Shown here: in pieces, positions 35,995 to 48,721 of the stretch
Numbering within the stretch: the stretch's first letter is position 1
Layout of the letters: each line of letters opens with the position of its first letter
Assembly (NCBI RefSeq): GCF_963921235.1
Contig: NC_086104.1
Coordinates: 41,354,001 to 41,418,000 of the forward strand
Direction of reading: 5' to 3'
Origin: Mobula hypostoma
Taxonomy: Eukaryota
DNA length: 64,000 nt
The notes under the pieces: model-generated
Told to the model about the DNA's origin: nothing
Database searches by the model: none
The model's input: the letters and a program-made list of their open reading frames with translations, nothing else
Program-made: the position numbers and the translations under genes

Positions 35995-36500
35995 ATTGTG
36001 GGCAGCTTCAGGCCCTTTGTCTAAGAAAGGATGTGCTGGCATTGGAGAGGATTCAGAGGAGGTTCACGAGAGTGATTCCTGGAATGAAAGGGTTAACACA
36101 TGAGGACTGTTTGATGGCTGGGGGCCTGTACTCACTGGAGTTTAGAAGAATGAAGGGGAATCTCTTTGAAACCTATCGAATATTGAAAAATAGAGTGGAC
36201 ATGGAGAGGATGTTTCCTATAGTGGGGTAGTTTAGGAATAGAGGGCACAGCCTCAGAATGCAGGGATGAGAAGGAATTGCTTTTGCCAGAGGGTGATGAA
36301 TCTCCGGAATTCATTGCCACAGATGTCGAGGCCAAGTTATGGAGTATATTTAAAGCGGAGTTTGCTTGATTAGTCAGGGCATCAAAGGTTACAGGGAAAA
36401 GGCAGGAGAATGGGATTGAGAGGGTTAATAATTCAGCAATGATGAAATGGTGGAGCAAACTCGATGGGCTGAATAGCTTAATTCTGCTCCAATGTTTTAT
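35995..36500 (+). mobile_element. CR1 3' fragment
   Basis: KDVLALERIQRRFTRVIPG...GLYSLEFRRM followed by a CR1 3' UTR. Confidence 0.85.
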
Positions 36501-36883
36501 GCATTAATAGAAGAATCATTGTTTAAATATGTTTGAACTTCCATTTCGGGTTTGCGTAACTTGGAGATATCTGTATTTGTGTCCAAGCCTCATTAGGGTA
36601 TTGTGGCTAATTATTTTAATTTTAAAGAAATTCATAACAGAATGTTTTTGATCAATAAAATAAATGTTTAAACTCCACTTCATAATCAACAATATCTTTT
36701 CATGTAGTTTAAAAACAGAAAAAAAACATTGTGAAAAAACACTTGTTGCTTCATTCTGGCAAGATACAGTACCTCTGAGATTAGACATTCCGCTCTTGAC
36801 GCTTAGGATTCCATGAGATGCTCACTAATCTTCACATTGTGAAGAACCTAGCAGATTACTTTTCCTTCTAATGCCGATCATTG

Positions 36884-36940
36884 TGTCTCACATACAATGT
36901 GAAACTTGTCTCAAATACAATGTGAAACTTGGCTCACATA
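36884..36940. repeat. 23-bp tandem repeat, ~2.5 copies
   Basis: tgtctcacatacaatgtgaaact / tgtctcaaatacaatgtgaaact / tggctcacata. Confidence 0.85.
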
Positions 36941-39528
36941 ATGACGACATTGTATAGTATTATCTGTCATAATAACGGCTTTGGCCATTATGTATAATTG
37001 CTTATTCATTCTATAAGTGGGGTATTACTTGTTGTATAGTTTTCCTATTGACCAGAAGTTTTTCAAAAGATTGATGGCATATGCTTCAAAATACTGACAG
37101 GTTAGGTAAACCGTTCCTCCTGAGAGTTCTATGATTGAAGCAAAGAACCGAGGCATGAAATATAAATGGACCTTGATTGAGAATAAAGACAAGGAATGGC
37201 AATTATTTCCAAAATTGAAATCTGGAGGCAAATTACTGACACAGTCTACTGGCTGTAATTGAAGGAGAGATCTGCTAAAATTGAGAGGAGAGCAAAGATA
37301 AATGTGCTCGTCAGTGCTGCACACACACACTTTGCAGAGCTCAAGAAGTATGTAATCCTCAGCAGTGACCTATCCACACATCCTGAGAGTACCATTTCAT
37401 GCTTGATGTCAAAGATGCATGGAGATTGCGAATGAAGGTGGTAGACGTGGAACAGCAACCAGTAACTGTAGCTTCCAGCCCAAGAAAATGCCCTTTGTTG
37501 TTAGAGATTTCTTTCAGCCTTTGCAGCCAGAGATGTATAGTTTCCAAAAATTATGTGTGTTTTGCACTAAATGAGTCACTGTGCATTGCCACGGTGCTTT
37601 TCCCTGTGATCAGAAACCATATGGGCTCCAACTGAGGCAACATTTTTTTTGCTCTTAAACACTGCCAGATTAATAGGGGGATGATTTGGCTGTTGTCTGT
37701 TGTAGCTGAAGCCTATCAGCCCGCCAAGCTCCATATCTTTTTTGGGTGAAGATATTGCCGCCAGGTCCTTTATGATTCCTCGTCTTTCGCGTCCATTCGG
37801 TGTGCTGTTACCAGGAAAAAATGCCCATGTATTGCAATAACTAAGAATAAAATAATTTCTTAGCTACAGAGAGAAGTAAAAGTGCTAATGCAGCATAAGC
37901 AACCAGTGCATAAAATAAGACGTTGCAAGCAGAACTGAAAATGCGAACAAGCAAAAATCTCCTGAGGCAAAAGATGGCATGGATTTCAGGTTTTACAATG
38001 GACAAGCAGTACATAGTAGTCTTATGCCTGAAGGCAGCAATTGTAGCACCATAATCAATTCATTGGCCTCACTCATCCCAAAAGTTGCTAGCATCTCCAC
38101 CTCCTACTGCTAGTGAGATTTTCAGCTGTTGACAGACCCTCGGAAAATGGGTGTAGTTGAGACACAGAAACTGTTTTATTAAAGTTATCTTCATGGATGA
38201 ATGTTGCAAATTCAAATTCCAATTTAACGAATTGTGTGAAGTTTAAATGGAGCATTTGCCAAGTTTTTTTTTGTATTCATGTTAAAGCCAGTAGGTGGGG
38301 ATAGAGTTCATTACAGTTTCATTCAAGGAGACTGGGGTGCTGGCCCTCTCCTGAAGCTAAAATATTTCCCACATTAATTATTAGCACAGTTTGGAAAACT
38401 AGACAAAGCATGCTGTAACAAGGCTGTAATAATTGAAAAGACATTATGATTATAGAAAAGATCTATTACTTACAGTATAAATCAGTAATTCTTTAGGAAA
38501 CATTTGAGCTTATAGTTCTGGATAATACTGACTTCCTAAGCAGGCAAGATTAGTTTCTTTTTTAGTATTCAGCAGTCTACTTGTAATCCTAACTTTTACA
38601 GAATCCAGCACAGATCCAGAAGAACAGTTAGAATTTCATCTAGAAATGTATGCACAATTTATTGGTTGGCTGGTTTGGAAGAAGATCTATTTAAAATGCC
38701 CTGCAAATTCTATCATTTACAGCAATTTTTTTTGTGGCTACTGATAGTTTTATCAGGAACCTGATCACTTGCTGCATTGTCAAGGATATCACCTGTTTTC
38801 TTCCAAGACTTTGGTGGCACATCAATGAAAGCACGAGTTGTGTACAGTGCCATACAATGGTACTCAATATATGTTTGGGCACGAACTAGTTGCCATTACT
38901 TCACGCCTTGACAACACACATAAGTCTCATGGGTGCAATTTATAGGGAATTTTGAAAAGGAACAATTTTTTTTCATTTTTCATTCTCCAAGCCAAGCATC
39001 CTTTAATTACTCATGTGCAGTACAGCAAAAATTCTGTTGGTTCTTTGTAAAACAGATAAGCTAAACCTACACACTCAAATTTAAATCTGCCTTTACCTTA
39101 ATACTCATCTGGCCTTGGTTTAGCAATCAGGATTACCTTTGAGAGGGGAAAGTGGAGTTCTGTTGGAAGCCCACATTGGCTACGTGGCTCTTCAGTTGGG
39201 GACTATACATGGGGATTGTCCTGAGTTGCCTGTGTGTGGCTGAGATAAATATTGAGGTGAACCCTGCTTGTCCAGGGTCAGTGCCTCTGATCAGAATTGC
39301 TGGTGTTCAGCTGATAAAACTCCACTGAGTCTTGAACTTCTCTGTGTATGCTGCTGAATCCCTGGAATCCAGTAACTGGTTTTTCGATTACTTCATTATA
39401 ACTTGGTTGTAAATAATAAGTAACGCAGTTCTATTCAAAATCTCATTATCTTTCCAGATTGTGAATAAGACTGTGTTTTTTAATTTTTATTTTCATGGTA
39501 GCTAACTAATACTTGCTTTTCGATTTAG

Positions 39529-39744
39529 AAACGCTGGTATGAGACAGAGAATGAATATTTCCTGCTGTTATTCTGCTTGGCTCTTTGCAATCTGCGTTAC
39601 ACAAGTTTCTGCCTGGAGTATTGCTGGGACCGTGTCTCTCCTCAGAGATGTTGTAGATCCTTCTGTTGGCTGCTGACTTACGTTTTCTATTATCCTGTAT
39701 TTCACAATGGACCCATCATATGTTATGATGACTTTAATAAACAG
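39529..39744 (+). CDS. HHAT: HHAT coding exon (216 nt; KRWYETENEYFLLLF...YVFYYPVFHNGPIICYDDFNKQ)
   Basis: gatttAG acceptor and GTgagt donor. Contains RWY.TENEY and the MBOAT motif YVFYYP..HNGPI; phase 0-0. Confidence 0.96.
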
Positions 39745-40869
39745 GTGAGTTCACCTATTCACACATTTTTGGCAGCAGGTCAACTGCTTTAAAATATAAA
39801 GCTAGAACTTACAATATCAAATATTGTGTCGTGTTGTAGCTTTTGAAAATCCCAAAGTGTTTTCAAATATACCAAAGGGGCTATGCTCATATTAGCCAGT
39901 TTTTGGTAAATCGGTTTTACAATGTTGATCAAACATTTTGTTTTAAATAGCTCATTTGGGATACTGGTTGTTAAATTGGCCATGTAGCAATAGTTACTAG
40001 ACTTGAAATGCGTTATATAAATGCAGTTTATATTTTTATTTATTGGTAACAGTTACTATGGCTGGGAGTGCTGCTACCATTTTGGACTTTTCTAGCTTTC
40101 TGTCTTCACTTTTGAAACCCCCTGACTCATTACACAACTACAACATTTTAAATGCTACTTCAAAACTTCAGTGTTGTCTGTCTCCCACTGGTAGCTCAGG
40201 GGTATTTGTGAAAGAGAAATATCGCGGAAGCATAACAGAAGCATGCGAATAAATACAGTTTGTTGAATTCTGACAGTGACTAAGCTACGTTTTCTGGGGA
40301 ATGGAAGGATATTCAGCTCAAGACCTCCAGGAACAAGCTGTTTACTACAACACTGTTTAATCTTCTCTATCATTGTGAAATGAAGCACATGTGCTTAACT
40401 ATAACAAGCTTGTGGACGGTTTTATATATTTCTCTCCGAAGATGGAAGAATATTCAAATAAAGCAGAAGACCTCAATACCTAAAAGTAAAGGAATTGAGT
40501 ATTATCTCTGATTTCAAGATGAGTTGGCTGTCCCTAAACTGTTTTCACTTGTATGAGTGAATTGCTAGTGCTTGCTTTTCAGCAGAGTGCTTTATTATTC
40601 TTCTTTCTAGTGTACGTGAATTAAAAAAAAAACAAATCAGAATTTGGGCACTCTACAGTACTGTGGGAGAACTTGACAGTCAAATTAACCTGATGGTTTA
40701 AGATCTGTGATAATAAACAAATGGGCAGCTTACAGATCATTAACATAAGACTGGTTAATACGTGTAGGAGGCACACTATAAGTTGGCCTAGTAATCAGAC
40801 AAAGCAATTGGGAGTTTATTAAACATAGGAAAACACACCACTGCTTCACGTTTAGAGGAGACTGAAGAG

Positions 40870-42030
40870 TGTTGGGCTTTGCACATCCATACTCACATCA
40901 TTCTACAGATTTGCAATAGCGAGCATCCCAAAAAGCAGCATCACTGTCAGACAGGAAGACTCTACAACTGGTGGTCAAAACTGCCCAACTCGTCACTGGT
41001 ACCAGCGTACCTGCCATCAGGGATGTGTAGACAGAAAGATGGTGGAACACGGCCAGTAACATCATGAAGGATTCCGGTCATCCTGCTCATGGACTGTTTG
41101 TCGCACTCCCATCAGGAAGGAGGCTGTTATAGCATCCACACCAGGACCAAAAGACTCAAAACAATTACTTTCCCCAAGCAGTAAGGCTGAACAACACCTA
41201 CACCCATGAACTTACCCCTTCAGTTTTCCAACTACTACTAACTTTATCATTTCCTATCCATCACCTGATGTACAGACAATCCTGTGCCCAGTGTCACTTT
41301 ATGGACATACAATCATTCTATGTATATTTATAAGCTATCATGGCTTTATATTTATTATATAAGTTGTGCCGTCCATGTAATCTACTCTAGAAACTGCCTA
41401 GAATTACCCTACCACATAGCCCTCAATTTTTCCAATTTCTATGTACCTATCCAAGAGTCTCTTAAAAGACCCTGTTGCATCCACCTTCACCACTGTCGCC
41501 TGTAGTGTATTCCATGTAGCCACCACTCTCTGTGTGAGAAACTTAAACCCTTGACAGCCCCTCTACCTTCATTCAAGCACCTTAAAACTATGCCTCCTTG
41601 TGTTGGCCATTTCAGCCCTGGGAAAAGCCTCTGGCTATCCTCACTATCAATGCCTCTCATCATCTTCTACACTTCTATCAGGTCACCTCTCATCCTTCGT
41701 CACTCCAAGGAGAAAAGGCCAAGTTCATTCAACCTATTCTCATAAGGTACACCCTCCAATCCAGGCAACATCTTTGTAAATCTCCTCTGCACTCTTTCTA
41801 TAGTATCCAAATACCTTCTGTAGTGTGGTGACCAGAACTGAACACAGTACTCTAAGTGGGGTCTGACCAAGATCTTGTATAGCTGTAACGTTACTTCACG
41901 GCTCTTGAAATCAATCCCATGGTGTTCTTTATCTTATTGTGTTGTTTTGTTGTGTGCATCGGATCCGGAGTAACAGTTATTTTGTTCTCCTTTACACTTG
42001 TGTGCTGGAAATAACATTAAGCAATCTTGA
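40870..42030 (+). mobile_element. Rex1/Babar 3' fragment with a nested minus-strand CR1 fragment (~41385-41920)
   Basis: catcctgctcatggactgttt...ccatcaggaaggagg (HP.HGLF..LPSGRR). The CR1 3' region lies inside the 3' UTR, which resumes and ends aagcaatcttgaa. Confidence 0.7.
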
Positions 42031-42296
42031 ACCATTGTTCAATGCTGGAATTTTCTGGTTACAACGTGTTTATAATGCATGTTTTCAGAATAAAGGAGGT
42101 ATAATAAATTGCAAAACATCTGAAACAGTGCATGAACACATTTCTTCAAATTTGTTGCACTTTTTATACATGGGTACTTCTTGTCCAGATTAAAGGGAAA
42201 TACAGATGTCAAAAGCAAAACATTTTACTTGATTACTTTTCTACGCTCATATTTGGAATCACTCATTTTTTTCTCTTTTTATCTTTCAAATGGCAG

Positions 42297-42468
42297 ATGC
42301 AGAGAACAGAGACATCTGTCCCAAAAGCAGATCTTGTGTGCTTGATCCTGGGTGCAGTGCGCATTTTCTTCTGGTGGTGGCTCACCGAGTCCATGCTTCA
42401 CTTCCTGTACATTCACGCCATCCAGCATCAAGAAACGATACTGGAATCTGCTTCTTATTGGACATTAG
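42297..42468 (+). CDS. HHAT: HHAT coding exon (172 nt; MQRTETSVPKADL...RIFFWWWLTESMLHFLYIHAI...SYWTL+g)
   Basis: Long pyrimidine tract then tggcAG; GTcagt donor. R...WWWL.E.M.H..Y.HAI motif; phase 0 to 1. Confidence 0.95.
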
Positions 42469-43120
42469 GTCAGTGTAATGCTTCTATTTAATGAAAAGGG
42501 CAATAAATTTTCTTAGCAAAAATACTGCCTTTTATAATATTTGTAATCCTCAGCATTGGCTCTTTCCTTTTATATCACATTATGAGCATCTGGTGGTTTG
42601 AAAGTAAATGCTTCCGTGTGATTCTGAATTGTAAATACATGGCTTGACAACACGATGCTCGAGTGGAATTGTTAAATTAAAAAATTGACAGCATCATTTA
42701 CTTAGTAACTTTGTAGTGAAACATCATAACATGCTTCATAGCTCCATGATTGGGTAAGAATGAGTGAGTCAAAGCTGGAGACATTGGGAGCGGGTGACCA
42801 AAGTGATGATCTTTTTAAGATTTTGTCATGTTTTGTAATTGTATGAAGCAGAAAAACTCTATCTAAATGTGACAGGAAGAAAACGTGATTCGTATCAAAG
42901 GGATTAGTTAGATCTAGAGTTTTGACATATTTATTGCTGTGGTTTGCAAGGAATCGAAATTTATTTCTTCCATTTATACATGTTCAAATACCACTATATC
43001 TCAGCCTGATAGTTATGAACTGAATCAGTCCAAGTAAAGAGAGAAGTAATGGAGGAAGAAATTGAGAAATATTTATTTACTTCAGCTTGTCACCTGAACA
43101 GTGGCATGTCGTAGAGGCAG

Positions 43121-43440
43121 TTCGTTCATTCGTTATGTGCCATGTGGTCTGATGTAGGCGATCATGGTCTTTCCATGACTGTGATTGTTCTTGGCAAAAT
43201 TTTCAACAGAAGTGGTTTGCCATTGCCTTCTTCTGGGCAGTGTCTTGACAAGATAGGTAACTGCAGCTACTATCAACACTCTTCAGAGATTGTCTGCCTG
43301 TGGCGTCAGTGGTCGCAAAACCAGGACTAGTGATATGAACCAGCTGCTCATACAACCGTCCACTACCTGCTCCTATGGCTTCACGTGACCCTTATTGGGG
43401 GGGGGGGCTAAGCAGGTGCTGTATCTTACCCAAGGGTGAC
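43121..43440. mobile_element. SINE-like repeat with an RTE/BovB/Sauria-SINE-type motif
   Basis: agtggtttgccattgccttc at 43211-43230; (ttcg/ttca) short-repeat end at 43121. No ORF. Confidence 0.5.
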
Positions 43441-43764
43441 ATCTTCTTTGATAGAGACATATCTCCATCCCGACACCCAAAATACAGAGTATTCTATATA
43501 ATACAACTCTTAAATAGACATCCGCAGCATAGTAAATTTTAAATTGTCCCATTCATGCCTGAAGATTTAATGACTGTAGATGTACCACCACCCTTCCACT
43601 GTGGAGACTATCATACATGTGAAATAAAATGCCGTGGTCTTGAAGAAACATTTTGTACTAGGTGTTGATGTACAGTCCAACAAAATATGATGTATGTAAT
43701 GCTCCTGTTTATAATGAGGGCAAGAGTGTAGTAACATCTGTGAGAGGGCAATGTGATTTTTCTT

Positions 43765-45485
43765 AGACTATAAGACATAGGAGCAGAATTAGGCCATTTG
43801 GCCTATCAAATCTTCTCCGCCATTCAATCATGACTGATACTTTTCTTTTTCCTCCTCAGTCCAACTTCCTGTAACCTTTGATGCCGTGAACCTATTAATC
43901 TCCGCCTTAAGTACATCCAACGACCTGACCTGCACAGCTGCCGGTGGTTACAAATTTCACAAATTCACCACTCTTTGACTAAAGAAATTTCTCCGCATCT
44001 CTGTTTTAAATGGATGCCCTTCTATCCTGAGGCTGTTCCAGCTTGTCCTAGATTCCCCCACCATAGGAAACATCCTTTCCACATCTACTCTGTCAAGGCC
44101 TTTCAACATTCAAAAGGTTTCAATGAGATCCCCCTCATCCTTCTAAATTCCAGTGTGTACAGGCCCAGAGCCATCAAACTTTCTTCGTATGTTAATCCTT
44201 TCATTCCTGGAATCATCCTTGTGAACCTCCTCTGAACCCTCTCCAATGCCAACACATCTTTTCTTAGATATGGAGCCTAAAACTTTTCAAAATACTCAAG
44301 GTTGTGGCCTCACCAGTGCCTTCTAAAGCCTCAGCATCACATCCCTGCTCTTATATTCTAGACCTCTTGAAATAAATGTTAACATTGCCTTTGCCTTCCT
44401 CACAACCGACTCAATTGCAAGTTAACCTTTAGGGTGTTCTCACCCTAAAAGAATCCCAAGTCCCTTAGCATTTCAGATTTTTGAATTTTCTCCCCACCTA
44501 GAAAATAGTCCGCACATTTATTTCTTCTACCAAAGTGCGTGACCATGCATTTTCCAACATTGTATTTCATTTGACACTTTCTTGCCTATTCTCCTAATCT
44601 GTCTAAGTCAAAGGTCAAATTTAATGTCAGAGGAATGTATACAATATACATCCTGAAATGCTTTTTATTTGCAAACATCCACAAAAACAGAGAAGTACCC
44701 CAAAGAATGAATGGTAGTTAAACGTGAGAACTCAGAAGTTCCCCCCCCTCCAGCTCCCCCCTCCTGTGCGTTAGCGGCAGCGAGCAACGATCCCCCCTTA
44801 CCCCAAAAGCTTCGCATTTCATCTGAAATTCGACAAACCAAAGGTTCTGTCTCTCCCTGGCAAGGGAGAGGGAGGTGTCCCCCATTTTCACAGCGAGCGG
44901 GAGACATAACAACAACCCGCTGGTTTACAATCTTAAGAGTCCGTTTCGTCACTTTTTTTGTAAAGTCCTTCTGCATCCTACCTGTTTCCTCAACACTATC
45001 TGCCCCTCCACCAATCTTCGTATCATCTGTAAACTTGGCAACAAAGCCATCTATTCCATCATCTAAATCATTTATATACAGCAGAAAAAGAAGTGGTCCC
45101 AACACTGACCCCTGCGGAACATGACTAGGCACTGGCAGCCAACCAGAAAAGGATCTTTTTATTCCCTCTCACTGCCTCTTACCAATCAGCTGATGCACTA
45201 GCTATGCTAGTAACTTTCCTGTAATACCATGGGCTGTTAACTTGGTAAGCAGCCTCATATGTGACATCTTGTCAAAGGCCTTCTCAACATCCAAGTATAC
45301 AACATCCACTACACCCCCTTTATCTATCCTACTTGCAATCACCTCAAAGAGTTCCTACAGGTTCATGGGGAAGATTTTCCCCAAAGAAAACCATGCTGAC
45401 TTTACTCTATTTTGTCCTGTGTCACCAAGTACTCCATAACCTCATCCTTAACAATTGACTTCAACATTTTCTCAACCACTGAGGT
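43765..45485 (-). mobile_element. CR1 LINE RT/3' portion, degraded, with nested SINE-like element
   Basis: VPQGSVLGPLLFLLYINDLD..KFTDDTK on the minus strand; (cttat)-type tail at ~43765. Confidence 0.9.
44610..44962 (-). mobile_element. Non-autonomous retroposon (~350 bp) with Rex1-type 3' tail
   Basis: TSD AAGTC at 44605-44609 and 44963-44967. Tail (ttcaggatgtatattgtatacattcctctgacattaaatttgacc) resembles the 3' end of the Rex copy at ~59325-59390. Confidence 0.7.
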
Positions 45486-45735
45486 CAAATGATGATTTTT
45501 GAAACATTGTCTGAAAGCTGATTGTTGATAGGATTAACAACGCTAAGCAACAAAGCATGAGATGGGCGATATTTAAAATTTGGTTGTTTCAAATGCTCTT
45601 TTAATTTTGGGTTCATAAGATAATGTACAGACATTTCTAGCTTTATGATATACCAGTCCATCAGTGTAATATTCAAGTACCTTATTTATGTAGGTAACTT
45701 CAAGTTTAAATTATCTAAAAGAGAATCATGTAACT

Positions 45736-46940
45736 CAGCGGTCCTCAACCACCGGGCCACAAAGCATGTGCTATCGGGCTGTGAGGAGACGATATGATTT
45801 GGCGATATGAGTCAGCTGCACCTTTCCTCATTTCCTGTCACGCACTGTTGAGCTTGAATGCACGCGAGGTCATTACCCACGCGTTATCCATGTCAGCGCG
45901 GGAAGGAGATCAACTCCTTGAGCTTGCAAATGACAGCGGTCTGAAAAGTATGTTTGACATAACATCTCTGCCGGCATTCCGGATCAAAGTCAAGGCTAAA
46001 TATCCTGAGATAGCCACGAAAGCACTGAAAATGTTACTTCCATTTCCAACAAATCTCTGCGAAGCAGAGTTTTCTGCAATGAATGCAACAAAAATTAAAT
46101 TGTGGAATAGACTGGATATAAGGAACCTCCTTTGAGTATCGCTGTCTCCCATCACCCCTCGATAGGACTGTCTTGTTGCAGGAAAACAAGCCCAGGGCTC
46201 CTACTGATACAGCGATATTGATGTGTTGCAATGATTATGTTCATATGGGGAAAATATGTGCTGTGTGTTTAATATCCAAACGTTACTTAAAGTGTTATGA
46301 TGCTATTGACTTATAAATGACTTATATAACCATATACCAATTATAGCACGGAAACAGGCGATCTCTGCCCTTCTAGTCCGTGCCGAAAGCTACTCTCACC
46401 TAGTCCCACCAACCTGTACTCAGCCCATAACCCTACATTCCTTTCCTGTCCATATACCTGTCCAATTTTTCTTTAAATGATAATATCGAACCTGCCTCTA
46501 CCACTTCTACTGGAAGTTCGTTCAACACTTACTTCAAGCTCCCCTGTCCTCCCCTGATAATTGACTTATCAGTATATTCATGCGAAGAAAATATGTGCTG
46601 TGTGTTTAATATTAAATTCATTAGATAAACCCTTTTAGAAATGAAATTGAGTGTATTAGCCACTTATCACCTATATTCCAGTCGTGATTAACACCCCCGC
46701 CCCTGCCGAACAGAATCGCCAAAAACGATTTGTAGAAAACAATCGGCATGTACACGCAAGCGCACTGGTGCCCATGCAAGGCTTCATGGTCATTGTAGTC
46801 TTTCTTGGGGTAAACACAACGCATTTGACAGCTACTCTTGTCCGTTGGCAACCCTACCACCCCCCCCTCGGTCAGCCGGTCCGCAAGAATATTGTCAATA
46901 TTAAATCGGTCCGCTGTGCAAAAAAGATTGGGAACCCCTG
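45736..46940 (+). mobile_element. Non-autonomous hAT-Charlie/Buster transposon with nested CR1 tail (~46325-46525, minus)
   Basis: 8-bp TSD ATGTAACT at 45728-45735 and 46941-46948, central TA. TIRs cagcggtcctcaa / ttgggaacccctg. C-terminal remnant YPEIATKALKMLLPFPT.LCEAEFS...K.K..NRLD...QAQGS. Confidence 0.93.
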
Positions 46941-47986
46941 ATGTAACTGATGTGAGCAATGATCAACAAGTTGGATACTGTATATGAGTTTGTTAATACA
47001 CATTGTTGAGACTAGTTCAGGAAATTCATTACTTTCATGGTTACTTATTGAAAATTAAAGAAAACGTTGTTCATGCTCTTTTGGGTGAGTTGTTAATACA
47101 AGAGAACGCAATGTACCATTAAAGGCATCTGGTCTGGTTTTGAACATGTATATCTGAGACAGGTAATCCATGAGTAAATGTAGAGTAAAGCTCCCTTTAA
47201 TCACAGAACAACATACTTTAAGTACAATCTCGGAAGAGCAGTCTGCTGTGCCAATGAAGCTCTACTTAATTTAAAATATCTTTCACTCCGTGGCTTCCTT
47301 ATGAGTTGTCAGTTAATTACAAGTGCAGGACAATTTTTTTTAACAAGCTGTCAGTTACACTAAGATGCACTCTAACCTCAGTAGTTTGGTTTTATTTAAG
47401 TCCCTGAAGCCATTAACTTTGAAGCAAGGAAAGCATGGAATGAATTATACAATTAGGTAATGAAAATAATGATTTTTGAAACATTGGATTATAGACAATT
47501 AACCTGATTGAGCATGTGAGCATGACTGATTTGTTCAGCAAACTATCTGTTAGTTTTTATTTGGCATTCCTGATGGAAGCAATTCTGCAGTGTGGAAGTA
47601 GTGAAACCTTAATTGATGAATTTGATTTTGTTCCTATTCCCTACTGGAAAAATAAATATATCTTCCTGGTATTACTAGAGTTGGATCCTCCATTTTGAAT
47701 GTCCCATGATCATGTTCCTTCTGCTTATTATAATAAAAATAAAGATGCTACTCTTAAAATAGATTCTGCCCTGGCATGTATGGTCTCTGGAAAATAAAAC
47801 TGAAGACTTCAGAGCAAGATTGCGGTACCAGAGGGACATCAGGGGCTGTGCTTCACAGAAAGATGGCTAGCCCCAGCCATTTCGGATATGAAAGCTACAG
47901 CCCGAACGCTTCACCATCCACTGAAAAGACAGGATAGATTACTCTTTTAAAGGTAGAGGAGGAGGGGGAATATGTTTCATGTTAAC

Positions 47987-48600
47987 ACTCACAACACACT
48001 GGAGGAACTCAGCAGGTCGGGCAGCATCCGTGGAAAAGATCAGTCGACGTTTCAGGCTGGAACCCTTTGTCAGGACTGTAGAGGGAAGGGACAGAGGCCC
48101 TATAAAGAAGGTGGGGGGAGGGTGGGAAGGAGAAGGCTGGTAGGTTCCAGGTGAAAAACCAGTAAGGGGAAAGATAAAGGGGTGAGGGAGGGGAGGCAGG
48201 GAGGTAATAGGCAGGTGAAGAACGAATAGGGGAAAACAGAATGGGTAGTAGAAGGAAGCGGAACTATGAGGGAGGTAGTAGGCAGCTGGGGGAGGGGGGC
48301 AGAGTGAAACTGGGATAGGGGAAGGGAGGGGGAGGGAATTACCAGAAGTTGGAGAATTCTTTGTTCATACCAAGGAGCTGGAGATTACATAGACGGTATA
48401 TGAGGTGTTGCTCCTCCAACTTGAGTTTAGCCTCATCATGGCAGTAGAGGAGGCTATGTATGGACATGTCTGAATGGGAGTGGGAAGCACGGCCCGAAAC
48501 GTCGACTGATCTTTCCCACGGATGCTGCCTGAGCTGCTGAGTTCCTCCAGCGTGTTGTGAGTGTTGCTTTGACCCCAGCATCTGCAGATTATTTTGTGTG
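47987..48600 (-). mobile_element. Penelope-like element with inverted terminal segment (second subfamily)
   Basis: 16-bp TSD TATGTTTCATGTTAAC at 47971-47986 and 48601-48616. Minus-strand GIY-YIG tail SHSHSDMSIH...EEQHLIYRL; orientation switches at ~48490. Confidence 0.92.
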
Positions 48601-48645
48601 TATGTTTCATGTTAACTCATCATCATGCTCAGACGTGGCAGTTCT

Positions 48646-48721
48646 GCCTCAATCCTGCTCATCTGATCTAGAACATCTAGTGGGCCTCAATCCTGCTCAC
48701 CTGATCTAGAACATCTAGTGG
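48646..48721. repeat. 38-bp tandem duplication inside Rex1
   Basis: gcctcaatcctgctca(t/c)ctgatctagaacatctagtgg twice, one mismatch. Confidence 0.95.
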
